Assembly: GCF_006345805.1 (NCBI RefSeq)
Contig: NC_042998.1
Location: 159,898,001 to 159,962,000, forward strand
Origin: Octopus sinensis
Taxonomy: Eukaryota
Length of the DNA stretch: 64,000 nt
Direction: 5' to 3'
Shown: positions 13,651 through 25,664 of the stretch, piece by piece
Layout: every line of letters begins with the position of its first letter
How positions within the stretch are numbered: the stretch's first letter is position 1
The notes under the pieces: model-generated
What the model was told of the DNA's origin: nothing
Database searches by the model: none
What the model saw: the letters and a program-made list of their open reading frames with translations, nothing else
Position numbers and translations under genes: made by a program

Positions 13651-14011
13651 GCTTTTTTTCTGTATTGTGAAGTGAATGATGTAAAACATTCAGTGCAAAA
13701 CTTGCTCAATATTTACCACTTATTACTCAATATTTTAAAGTATAAGTATATACTTTACTTTATTTCCTTTACTAAATAGTAAATTATATCATTAGTCTAA
13801 ATGTTTATCATGATCAAAAGCATGGGAATATCAATCAAAGTTTTAAATTACATTATCAACTTGTTCATATTTTCTGTCATCAGTCATCAATCAAAATAAT
13901 TTCCTCTTTTTCTTTTCTTTTAATGAATTATCTGGAAGAACAGGCTATGGCCATGGCCACTGCAAGCCACCCAAGGTTGGTGAGATTGATGCAGTTAATA
14001 TTTCTCATGAA

Positions 14012-14230
14012 TAAGGCAGCAAGCTGGCAGATTCATTTGTGCCAGATAAAATGCTTAGCAGCATTTTTTCTGATTTAACATTCTGAGTTCAAACACTGCC
14101 AGGGTTGACTTTGCCTTTCATTCTTTCACAGTCAATAAAATAAGTACCAGTTGAGCACTGGGATCAATACAATCAATTTTCTGCTTCGACCCGAAATTTC
14201 TGGCCTTGTGCCAAAATTTGAAACCAATAT
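14012..14230 (+). mobile_element. SINE family 2 copy
   Basis: GGCAGCAAGCTGGCAG head, TCTGAGTTCAAA B-box, GACTTTGCCTTTCAT core, GGCCTTGTGCCAAAATTTG tail. Confidence 0.75.
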
Positions 14231-15644
14231 TTCTCATGAATAGTTGCAAGTTAACAGCCATAGAAAAACATATGCATGGAGTGAATTCAAGAGGGTCAAC
14301 ATTCTGGAAGCAAGGATACAACATAGTGAATAAGGCAGAGTTAGGGAAGGTGACAAGAGGAGGGGAGATAAATATGTTAGGAATGCTTTAGTGGCAGTCA
14401 AATGATACCAGCCAGATCTGAAGAACAAAGACCACTGTAGTTGTGGTAAAAAAGGTAGAGAAGAGAAAGTATGTCTGTTGGTCAGAGGTGAGAGTGTGTT
14501 GAGTAATTTTATACCAATCTGCCAAATGTGTATTACAAAACCACTTCCCTAGTCATGGAAGCAGTACTCCATTGTGGATTTCACCTAAGCTTTGTAGAGG
14601 ATTAGTAGGTGTTGGTGATTTTTGTTTTTGTTTTTGGTTTGAAGAAGAGAGCCAGTCTTTATGATGTTGTTTTTGTAATACATTAAACTATTAAGGGCAG
14701 CCAGCTTTGCTGTCTTCTGAACAGTGCTGTCTTAAGTTATAAAGCATGGTAGTATATGACCACTGTGTTGCAAGTCAACGAGTCAGTCATCAAAGACAGA
14801 TGGGCTGGGTCAGCAAAAGTTAAGTGTCACTGCCAGCAATATAATACTGCAGCAGAGGCAGAATTAAGAATATGTGAAAGAAATACTATCAGCTTTTTTG
14901 CATGTCTTAGGTTGCTTTAATTTTTTTTTTTTTTTTGTCAAGTTGCTCAGCCTAAATATTTGCAGGCTAAAGCCTGCACATAGTATAATATTTTAAAACT
15001 GACAATTTATTAACAACTTTTGTTATCTTGGAGAACATTAAGGAATAGTCTATTTGGTTAAGTTCCTTTATTTTTTTTCTCTTTTTTAGCATTGTAGATT
15101 TTCAGTCAGATTTATTATTTTAGAGTTATTTCAACTTGTTGAAAACATTATGCAGTTTTACAAAATGTCTCTGAAAACATTTTATTTTGACTATACATTG
15201 AGAATACAAGTATCAAATTTCTCTCAACTTCTTTTCCTTTCCTATATATCAAATAAGGTCATTTTCCATAACAATGTTGATGATTATGGTAATGATTATA
15301 ACAGGTTTTCTTTTTATCTAACAGTATGATTATTAAACACTATACTTATTATAATACACCTACACTCAAAAGCTTTTAACATTTCTCAAGATTTCGAATT
15401 TTTTGTTTGTTTTTTGTTTGTTGTTCTGGGTTTGTTTGTTTTTTACATTTAGACAGATTAATGTTATCTAAAATGAAAGGTATGGAATGTAAGATGACAG
15501 CCATAACCCACTTTCTACATTGTAAAGGAGCTTATATTATTCTTTCATTACTAAATTTTGTCTAGTACTATATGATTAGCAACTGAAAACTTTTTTCCAA
15601 TGTGAATTGTGGTGGTATGAAAATAATTCTAGTCTGTTCATCAT

Positions 15645-16040
15645 AGGCACAGACATGGCTGTGTGGGTGAGAAGCTCACTTTGCAACCACATGGTTTCAG
15701 GTTCATTCTCACAGAGCAGCACCTCGGGCAAGTGTCTTTTACCATAGCCTTGAACTGACTGATGCCTTGCGAGTATATTTGGTAGACAAAAAACTATGTG
15801 GGAGTCTGTTGTATACATATATGTGTACGGATGGCTTTGTGTTTGTCCTCCATCACTGCTTGACAACTGGAGCTGATTTGTATATGTCCCTGTGACTTCA
15901 CAGTTTTACAAAAGAAACCAATAGAATAAGTACAAGACATGAAAAAAAAATAAGTACTTTAGTTGATCTGTTCAACTAAATTCTTCAAGGCAGTGCCTTG
16001 GCATGGCTACAATCCAATGAGTGAAATACATAAAAGATAA
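15645..16040 (+). mobile_element. SINE family 1 copy
   Basis: conserved blocks CCTCGGGCAAGTGTC and GACAACTGG...AATAGAATAAGTAC. Confidence 0.75.
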
Positions 16041-16539
16041 AAGACTATAACAGATATTATGGTTTAAAAACATTTTTTATCATATATATTTCCTGGGTAA
16101 TGATTTGATTTGATAAGTGATCTCCAGTATTCTTTATATTGTTCACATTGTACATTTAATCCTTTAGCATTCAGATTATGCTGTCAAATTTAATGTTTTT
16201 AATGCATTATCTCATAACATTGACATTTTGGTGTTTAGTTTTTGAATGACATTATAGGGTAGGTGTGCAAAACCAGATCTGACTAGTTTGAATGTCAAAC
16301 AGGTAGAGCTTTTGCACCAGGTATGGCCAGTTTAAACGCTAAAGGAGTATAGAACTAATCAAACAATCTATAGAATTGATGTGATGATTTAATTTAAAGA
16401 TGCAACAAACATGACTGTTTATATATGGATGTCCAATGGGAGCAAGCTTAGGAATAGTGCCATTAAAAGAGAGACAAATAGTAAAATAGCATCGCCTTTA
16501 CATCTGGTCAAACTTTTTTTGAATTTGCTTAACTCACTC

Positions 16540-16800
16540 ATGCCACTCATCACAACTTCACACAGTATTCAGAAGGTCAGCAGAGCAACACCCAGTATCT
16601 TGACATAGCTGGTTGATGAAGGTTTTGCTAGATGGGCTAACCCATTTATATCAATGTTGCACATCAACAAGAGTGCATCACTAATTTCTTTCTTAACTCT
16701 CCAATAATATCCTGCAAAATGTCTGCATTTCTCCCTAATAACTTCAGTGATTGCAAAATTATCATAGAATTTTTGTTTGGTCAGATGCTTTTTCTTTGTA
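16540..16800 (-). pseudogene. RTE-X-like LINE 3' coding fragment
   Basis: minus strand reads KHLTKQKFYDNFAITEVIREKCRHFAGYYWRVKKEISD, resembling the xxRFAGHCWR post-RT segment. Confidence 0.55.
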
Positions 16801-17194
16801 ATGATGACTTCCTGATGATGCTAAGGATATCAAGAATAGCTCGTGTGTTTGTAAGACAAATTCATTCATTCTCAAGGCAAAATGCAACAAATTCTTTTTA
16901 CAAGCAGTGTACATCAAGAAGTAATGGCAGCAGTAATGATGTGCTACAAAATCAAGGAATCTAAAGTATGATAATGAGAGCCAGCTGAAAAGTTCATAAG
17001 ATGACCAAGATACTCTCATGGAATGACACCAAATGAGGTTTATTTTTCAACATAGTCCCCCTTGCAGTCTACTCACTTCTTCCAGTGGATTTCATTAGAG
17101 TGAAACTAACTTCTTTAATATTGTCATTTGAAATACAAAAGATGGAGTCCAGATAGATATTGAAGAAATGTCAAAAATTGGTGTCTCTGGCATG

Positions 17195-18270
17195 TACGAG
17201 GGTGGGTTGAAAAGTTCAGAGGCTGAATATGAATGAGTGATGCTAGAGCTGTGAAATCTTGCATTCATTAATTTCAACTCTTTTTATTAATAACTGCATT
17301 GTTTCTTCCCAGGTAAACTGATATTTGGCCTGTTCAAAGAAGACTTCAAAAGTAATTAGTTGTGACTTTTCTTGAAAATTAACAAAATTTGACATTTTGG
17401 TGTCATCAAGAACTTGCAGAGAAAGGGTTTAGGCCCCAAGGGCATTCATGCTGACATCGTTACTACATTAGCAGCTGACACTCCAGTTCTACCAAGTTTT
17501 CAAAAGTGGGCAAATGAATTTAGGAGTTGAAGGGTGAATTGTGAAGAAGACCCAAGGTTTGGACATGTTATAACTACCACCAATGAGGAAAACATTGACT
17601 ATGTTCACCACATGATGATGGATGACAAGTGATTGACTATAAATCAAATAGTCAATTCTATTAGCATATCTCTTGAGAGAGTTGAGAATATTCTGCACAA
17701 TGAACTTGGCATGGTGAAGGTTTCTGCTTAGTAGGTACCACATCTTCTGATACATCATTAAAAGCACACCAGGCTGATCACATCACAGGAAAATCTGACA
17801 TTGCTTGATGCAGATCCAGCTGGTTTCCTTGAACATTTCCTCACCCAGGATGAGTGCTGAGTTCATCATTTTGAGCCAGAGACAAAAAGACAATTCATGC
17901 AGTGGAAACACCCTCCTCACCTGCTCCAAAAGAAGCCATCATTTCATCTGTAGGGAAGATGATGGCCTCAGTTTTTTGGGATTGTGTTTACTGACTATCT
18001 TGAAAAGGGTCACACCATCAATGGAGAGTACCTTGTCAACTTGCTGAGGCAGTTAGAAAAGGTTATAAAAACCAGACGCCCAAGAAAACTAATGAAAGGG
18101 GTCTTGTTTCATCAGGACAATGCTCCAGCACACAAGTCCTTGGTTTCAATGGCAGCTGTGTGTGACTGCAGCTCTGAACAGGTTGGTCAGCCTCCCTATT
18201 CTCTTGATTTGGCTCCATCTGTTCCCCAACATAGAAAAACACTTGACTAGGAACCAGTATCTGATGATGA
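17195..18270 (+). mobile_element. mariner element lacking its right end in place
   Basis: left end TACGAGGGTGGGTTGAAAAGTTC; decayed transposase with KVSAxxVPHLL and ORF 17984-18250 with FHQDNAPAH and PPYSLDLAPS. Confidence 0.85.
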
Positions 18271-18279
18271 TAATTTGGC

Positions 18280-18525
18280 CAACAAGATGAAAGCTTTCTT
18301 TGACATCTGCCTGGACTCCATCTTTTGCATTTCAAATGACAATATTAAAGAAGTTAGGTGGACTCTAATGAAACCCATCTCTACCTCGTCATCCAAACAC
18401 AACATCAGATGCAAATTATGCTGATGGTATCACTCTCATTGTTGATGCCATCTCAGAAGCCATCATCTTTTAACATGAAATTGTAAAAGCAACAGAAGAT
18501 ATCGGTCTTTATGCTAATTCCTACA
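18280..18525 (+). pseudogene. RTE-X-like LINE RT fragment
   Basis: DICLDSIF...NYADGITLIVDAISEA...VKATEDIGLYAN (YADD-like motif). Confidence 0.6.
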
Positions 18526-19548
18526 ATTAGGAGGGTTCATTCAGCTCAGTCAAACAAAACACACTAAAATCTGTAAACCCCTTTATTTACTTATGAAATA
18601 GTATTTATCCACTGAATACAATTGTAATAAAGAAAACATATAAACATGAAAAAAATTTTGAAATTTCTTCATAATTATTGTTATTTGACTGTTAATTAGT
18701 GCATTAGCTTTTCCATACTTACATGAATTAAACTTGCGTATGTTAGCCTAATCTATTAAACAGTTTCTATCTGCCTATTCCCTGTCATTCAAATATAAAG
18801 TTACATTGTTTCAAATTTCTTCCTGTGCTATATTATCTTCATAATGATTACTGTCAACTGATACCAACATTTGTTGACCCAATTTTATTCTAACATTTTT
18901 CTCACATATATCCCTTACTATGTTAGATTTACTTTTTACTCATAATGTTTAGTACCTTTAATTCCCAGATGATATATTAGCCTAACAGTGTTCATTCAAT
19001 ACTCTTCTCTTTACACATTCAATAAATTTTCCCGTTTTAAATATTCCCCATGTTGCAATGCCATTAAATACTGTACTTTTAGCTTTTTCCTGACCATATT
19101 TCTAAAGAAATACACTACCTATGACTTAATTCATTTTCAAAATATGTAACAATTTGTTGGCATTTAGTAAAATAACCAACATTGTCATAAATAATTTGAT
19201 CTTTAGAACATAACAAAAGAAACTATGCTTAAAGTTATGTTCAGAGGTTTTACTTTAAGTATGAACATTTCAAAGCATTAGGTTTTGTTTCATAGAATTA
19301 GGAGTAATTTCAGACAAGTTAGTATTTAAAAAGTTAAACTGTATGTAAGTCTGATATATCTGATACATATATCTGATAATTCCATGATGACTTAAATGCC
19401 AAGTAGAGTTAAAATAGAAGATAAAGCATGATACTACATGTACATAAGTTTAAATCTACTGATGTACTTCTGAATCGGGTACTTTATTCTATGTTACCTC
19501 AGTTCACTAAGATATCAAGAAAAAATGATGCCAGATTATCTTAGGATA

Positions 19549-19962
19549 TTTATTTCTTTATTGCCCACAAGGGGCTAAACATAGTGGAGACAAACAAGGA
19601 CAGACAAAGGAATTATGTTGATTACATCGATGCCAGTGCATACCTGGTACTTATTTAATCGACCCCGAAAGGATGAAAAGCAAAGTTGACCTCGGCAGAA
19701 TTTGAACTCAGAATGTAGCGGCAGACAAAATACCTATTTCTTTATTACCCACAAGGGGCTAAACACAGAGGGGACAAACAAGGACAGACATAGGTATTAA
19801 GTCGATTACATCGACCCCAGTGTGTAACTGGTACTTAATTTATCGACCTTGAAGGATGAAAGGCAAAGTCAACCTTGGCGGAATTTGAACTCACAACGTA
19901 ACGCAGACGAAATACCGCTAAGCATTTCGCCCAGCGTGCTAACGTTTCTGCCAGCTCAGCTA
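19549..19962 (-). mobile_element. SINE family 2, full copy plus tandem 3' unit
   Basis: two units of about 185 bp (about 19551-19733 and 19734-19920) plus the head to 19962. Confidence 0.85.
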
Positions 19963-20852
19963 ACCGCCTTTTTCTTGCCTTTTTTTTTGGATCGTATCGT
20001 TCGCGAGAAGAGACTCAATAGATCGCAGTGTGGTAGCTGCTCTACTAAGAACATCACTCCGAACGGCAAGTTGGGTCGTATGCAAGCGATCCCTTTCGTT
20101 TCCATGACAAAGGAAATGGACACTTATCTCTCACAGAAACTGAGGAAACAAAAAATAGACAACAAGCTTTCCAAATGCCTTATATGTTTCTGCTTTCCAC
20201 AAACTTAGACATCACATAAAACAACAGCTAACACTAAATTGAATGACATTTCTTAAATACAGTATAAGGCAAACAATATGTGTGTGACCATATGTTTAAG
20301 TGCATATATATATATATACATATATATATATCAAATGACTAATAACAACATACAATGGATAATTGTCAGCTCATTACATTGCCAACTTTGTTGGTCATTC
20401 TCCCATTTCATAGTTGGTCTCAACAGACTTCAGCAAAGTCCCTGCTGCATTCTTTGGATAATCTTTTGTTTGTAAAATTACGTTCCATCTAATGATTACA
20501 GTTTTTCGTAATGGAGTAATGTTCTCATTCTTCTAGTAAAAAGATGCGCAAGAAACAGCTGTAATGAACTGCCAATTATACATCATATGTTATTATTCAT
20601 TTGATTATAATACACCAAAGGGATTTACGACTTGTCAGACACCCTAGAATATACTCACAATGTACAATTTAATGTAACACATGCTTTGGGCCAGCCCCTA
20701 GGTGCTAAATATTCATAGGGTTGGTTTTCTCTAAGTACACAACCAGAATATCCTATTTGATACCTACTAACCATAGACCAGATCCACAGGTTTATCCAAC
20801 CCTACCTGGTGCATATCTGTTCAAGTACCTGATTCTGTCTGAATCCTTATTT

Positions 20853-20904
<52 letters not shown>

Positions 20905-20908
<4 letters not shown>

Positions 20909-21310
20909 TTATATATATACATATGGTTTCGCCATGGGCTCTTAGGAGCATAGTTCGATTTGTTTTTGCTCCGCCTCTGTTCTGTTTTTGTTTTTCCAAC
21001 GGATTTCCTATTTTCTTCCTGAAGAGAAAGACACAATATGGTCCCATTATTCAATCGGATTTTGGTAATTTGTGCCTTTCGAAACACGTGTAGAATGAAA
21101 TAAAACGATTTCTGTTCAATCTGCATTCAGCTCCATTTCTTCAATTCACCAATAATGTTTTAATTTCAATTATCCGCACCAACGCACGGTTGCAACACCA
21201 TATGGTTGTACCTCCAACCGTGCTGTTACTGCTGTGATTTTTGCTACTAAGGTATCGGTTAAACTTTTGATTAATCTACTACAAGATTATTCATCTTTCT
21301 ATTTCACATA
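20905..21310 (+). mobile_element. Penelope-like element terminal (pseudo-LTR) fragment, family C
   Basis: bounded by (TA)n; near-identical copy at 37953-38245; carries a hammerhead motif. Confidence 0.6.
21010..21101 (+). ncRNA. type I hammerhead ribozyme motif
   Basis: stem I ATTTTCTTC/GAATGAAAT, core CTGAAGA (21019-25), stem II GAAAGACACAA/TTGTGCCTTTC, GAAAC (21081-85), palindromic stem III ACACGTGT, GTA cleavage triplet ending 21092. Confidence 0.75.
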
Positions 21311-21311
21311 T

Positions 21312-21368
<57 letters not shown>

Positions 21369-21419
21369 CAATTGTAAATCTTTGAGGGAGGTATAAACAG
21401 AAGCTGCACAGCATCGTGA

Positions 21420-21516
21420 AGTATATTTGTCACTTAAATGTGACTAACACTTAAGGGTGGATGTTACAGTAGCATCCCCCCTTAAGGGTTAGCCACATTT
21501 AAGTGGCAAATATACT
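21420..21516. mobile_element. 97-bp fully palindromic MITE-like hairpin
   Basis: AGTATATTTGTCACTTAAATGTGACTAAC / GTTAGCCACATTTAAGTGGCAAATATACT (27/29 complementary) plus an inner CTTAAGGG..GGATG / CATCC..CCCTTAAG stem. Confidence 0.65.
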
Positions 21517-21554
21517 ATATATATATACAAGTAAGACAGGGGTTATGGGTATAC

Positions 21555-21601
<47 letters not shown>

Positions 21602-21801
21602 ATATAGAGTAAAAAATTATTAATTTAATAATTAACAAATCTCACCAAGTAGCTTCGGTATGGATAAAAACCATTATCGGTAAAAACTTATACGTAAGCT
21701 TTTTTTTATAATTATAAATATAATTAAGGGTTTAGCAAAAAGTTGCTTCACCACATACTGAAAATTTGGTGAAGCAACTTTTTGCTAAACCCTTAATTAT
21801 A

Positions 21802-21847
<46 letters not shown>

Positions 21848-22209
21848 TTTACATACATCTATATACACCCACATACACATATACATATGTGTATATATGA
21901 GCAAGTGTATGTGTAAGAGGAAGAGAGTCGTGTGTGTATAAATCAATTATATGGATGAGGGAAAATACTAAATACATATGTACATTAGAATCTCATACAT
22001 GTAATACTGTAAGTTTAAAAACTTTAAATTACTGGGGTGGAGTGCATGCATGCATGAATGTGTGACACTTTATTATCTGTAGGAATGTGGTTTCAATTCC
22101 TGGACCGGGCAACGCGTTGTGTTCTTCATTTCATGTTGCTCCAGTCCACTCAGCTGACAAAAATTAGTAATCCTGCTGCGGACTGGTGTCCCAACCAAGT
22201 GGGGAATAC

Positions 22210-22640
22210 ATACACCATTGAAACCAGCAAACCAGCCCTCATGAGCTTGGCATGGCTCGACAAGGAAACATTTATTAATTATTACATGCCTACAATGAAC
22301 TATAACAAAAGTAAAAAATATTAGTCGACAGCACAAGTTTATATGGACTTCCATGAAATATGAGAAGAATAACCATGGAAGCCTTACTAATAGCAAAATA
22401 CAAACCAAAAATCAACAGATATAAAGTAATTCCTGAAATCTATCCGGACTTACAGTTATATAATTTTAAAATCTGATGAAGTTGATTTTATCAGTTACAT
22501 CAGTATTCTCATGAGCCTTTCCAGCATATTACAAAGCACACATACAAGTCATTATTGCCATGCGTTTATTCTGATGATGAGACCAGTAATGTCTTCGTAC
22601 ACTAATATACTTATGGATTTAGGAATGTTTCAATTCCAAA
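22210..22640 (+). pseudogene. Penelope-like element GIY-YIG C-terminal remnants and 3'UTR
   Basis: RITMEALLIAKYKPKINRYK and KETFINYYMPTMN resemble the PLE C-terminal ExxxIxxxxPxxN motif; CTGATGA-GAGAC..GTCTT remnant at 22571-22600. Confidence 0.45.
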
Positions 22641-22894
22641 ACTAAACATAATAGACTAATATGAGAATTTGAAAAATCATACATAAAAAAGCATCAAACT
22701 CGAACATGTGATTGATATATGTTTGAAAGAAAAACTGATCCCCATTATCACACGCACACACATATCCATATGGATATCTATATACATTCATATATATACA
22801 CACATACATATATATACATACTTTTTGATGCTAACCTTCAACAGAAAGATCTTGATTACATATATAATTGAGCTGAAAAAAAACAATGTAATTT

Positions 22895-23400
22895 AATGCA
22901 GGAAAATTGCAAGCCCTCCCCTGACAGCCAGCTTGCACTAACATGATGCAACAAAGATACTTTGGACCAAAAGGAGCAGCAATCCCAGAGTCAAGTGCAG
23001 TGCATGATCTGGGGATTGATATGAGCAACAATGCCTCACACTATGTACATATCCCCAAGATGGTGGCAATATGCAAGTGAATAGCAAGATGGATTCTGAG
23101 AACTTTCAAAACAAGGGACAAAGAAACTATGCTGGTTCTATAAAGGACATTTGTCCTCAGCTGCCTAAACTACAGCTCTCAGCTGTGGTCACCCCACAGT
23201 GTCAAATTAATTGTAGAACTTGAGACAATTCAGAAGTGCTACATCAAGATGATTGCATCAAGAAACAATTGACCTCCTGCTGTCCAAGGTCCCAGATGAA
23301 CCTACATCACTGAAAGAAACTCAAAAGTGGGCAGCAATATTGAACTCTCACTTTCACCGAAAGCCAATCACTCAAGAATGGTCATTGAAAATTGATAATA
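22895..23400 (+). pseudogene. CR1-like LINE 3' fragment
   Basis: ARWILRTFKTRDKETMLVL*RTFVLSCLNYSSQLWSPHSVKLIVELETIQK. Confidence 0.7.
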
Positions 23401-23921
23401 CTAGTAGTGCCCCCAGCATATCTGCAGCCTTTTGGCTGAAACACATAAAAGAATAAAAGAATACATACACACACACACATCTGATATAATTGAAGCAAAA
23501 ACTAATTTCTGTGTGTCAGTGTGTCTCACTTTGACCCACCTCTTTCATTATTCAATGACACTTCCTTGTACTGGAGTGAGAGTAACAGTAAGCATAGAGA
23601 CGGTGAGTGTTGGGGTGAAGACAGGGAGGGAGCCATAGAGAAAGAGAAAGAGAAGGAGAAAAAGAGAAACAAAGAAATTTAGGGAGAGTTCATAATGTTT
23701 TATTAAAAGTAGTAGTGTTGATGGTGGCAACGGGAATAATAATAAGAGAGAGGGAAAGAGTGAGTATGTGAGAGAGAGAGAGAGAGAGAGAGAGGGGGAG
23801 GGAGATGATGTACAACTTTCCTGAACAGAAATTCCTGTGGTCAGCATACTGAACCAACTACTGGACACTATCATTTATTTTTTGCTTTTTTTAATACATA
23901 CATACATACATACATATATAT

Positions 23922-24265
23922 AGGAGGTACAATGGCCCAGTGGTTAGGGCAGGGGACTTGTGGTTTCGATACCCAAACTGGGCATTATGAGTGTTTATTG
24001 AGTGAAAACACCTAAAGCTCCACAAGGCTCTGACAGGGAGAGGGGTGGCGAACCCTGCTGAACTCTTTCACCACAACTTTCTCTCACACTTTCTTCCTGT
24101 TTCTGTTCTACCTGTATTTCAAAGGGCCAGCCTTATCACACTCTGAATCTCCCCCAAGAACTACGTGTCTGTGGAGTGCTCAGCCATTTGCACATTAATT
24201 TCACAAGCAGACTTCGTTGATCAGATCAACTGGAACCCTCGTCGTCATAACCAACGGAGTGCCAC
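23922..24265 (+). mobile_element. tRNA-derived SINE, family 3 tail type
   Basis: TGGCCCAGTGGTTAG A-box; 3' half CCTGTATTTCAAAGGGCCAGCC...CCCTCGTCGTC shared with 52835-53156. Confidence 0.75.
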
Positions 24266-24289
24266 AATATATGTGTGTGTGTGTGTGTG

Positions 24290-25055
24290 TGTGTAGTGAG
24301 AATTTACAAAAAACAAAAGACGAAGACAGGTATGTAAACAATAAACAGATGTATTAGTTTAACGCTTGGGAAGTGAGAAAGTCTTTTACGTTTCAATCCT
24401 ACACTCTTCAACAGAAAGGAACACAGAAATAAACAGGGAGAGAAAATAAAAAAGTTTAGTGGCTAACGATCTATCATGGCGAATGCCAGGCAGAGGGGTC
24501 ACACAGGAGAGTTAGGAATAAGGGGAGATAATAAAGTAGTGGTGATCCCAAAACAAAGGTACACGTGAGTGTGAATGTGAGAGCATATATGTGCATGTGG
24601 ATGGGGGCTGGTGACCTTGACATGTGTGTGTGTACATGTGTAGGTGTATGGATGATGGTGTGGGTGCTGGGAAGTGGTCAGTGCTAGTGTGTGCGAGGTG
24701 GTGTGATGTGATGTGGTTTGGTGTGTGATGAGGTGGTGTGTGATGAGGTGGTGTGTGGTGTGGTGGTGTTGGGTGTGGGGAAAGCAAGGGTGGGATGGGG
24801 TGTGGTGTGTATGGATGGTGGGGTTGGAATGTGTAGGGGTGGGGTAACGAGGGAGGGGGTGACAATGAAGGGAGAGGGTGGAAGGGAGAAGGTGGGTAGG
24901 AGTGAAGAGAGGAAGTAGGTGTCAGAGCAAGAGAGGAGAGATGGGTGGGAGGAAGCAGGTGTGGAAGGAAGAGAGGAGAGAGGAGGAGGGTTAGGTGAAG
25001 AGGGGAGGAGAGTTGAGCCCATGTGGCGCAAAGGAGCAAAGAGAGATTAATCCCT
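24290..25055 (-). mobile_element. Neptune-type PLE 3' end / pseudo-LTR
   Basis: begins with the same last codons as the PLE ORF at 35431 (..GLNSPPL.L*); CT- and CA-rich UTR; degenerate hammerhead at 24382-24418. Confidence 0.7.
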
Positions 25056-25325
25056 ACACATACACACACATACACACACATGCACATACATATATATATA
25101 AAATACACTTTAATTGAAATACAGTTTCTCCAAAATTAAACATTTAATATAATAAATGCAAAAATTAATTTCTGTGTGTCAGTGTGTCACACTTTGACCC
25201 ACTTCTTTCATTATTCAAAGGCACTTCTTCATACTGGGGTGAGAGAAATAGTAGACATAGAGACAGTGGGGGTGGTGGTGAAGACAGAGAGAGGGGGGAG
25301 AAAGAAAGAAAGAAAGAAAGAACGA

Positions 25326-25361
<36 letters not shown>

Positions 25362-25440
25362 AAAAGAAGAGAGACAAAGAAATTTAGGGAGTGTTCATGA
25401 TGTTTTATTAAAAGTAGTAGTGTTGATGGGAGTAATAATA

Positions 25441-25487
<47 letters not shown>

Positions 25488-25613
25488 TGAGTGAGTGAGT
25501 ATGTGAGAGAAAGAGGGAAATGATGTACAACTTTCTTGGACAGAAATTCCTGTGGCTAGCATATTGAACACTATCATTTTTGTTTTATTTTTTTGCTTTC
25601 TTTAATGCATACA

Positions 25614-25664
<51 letters not shown>

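Noticed and set aside
24512-25108. 198-aa Pro/His/Ser-rich ORF
   Set aside because: Low-complexity CT/CA-rich 3'UTR of the Penelope-like element
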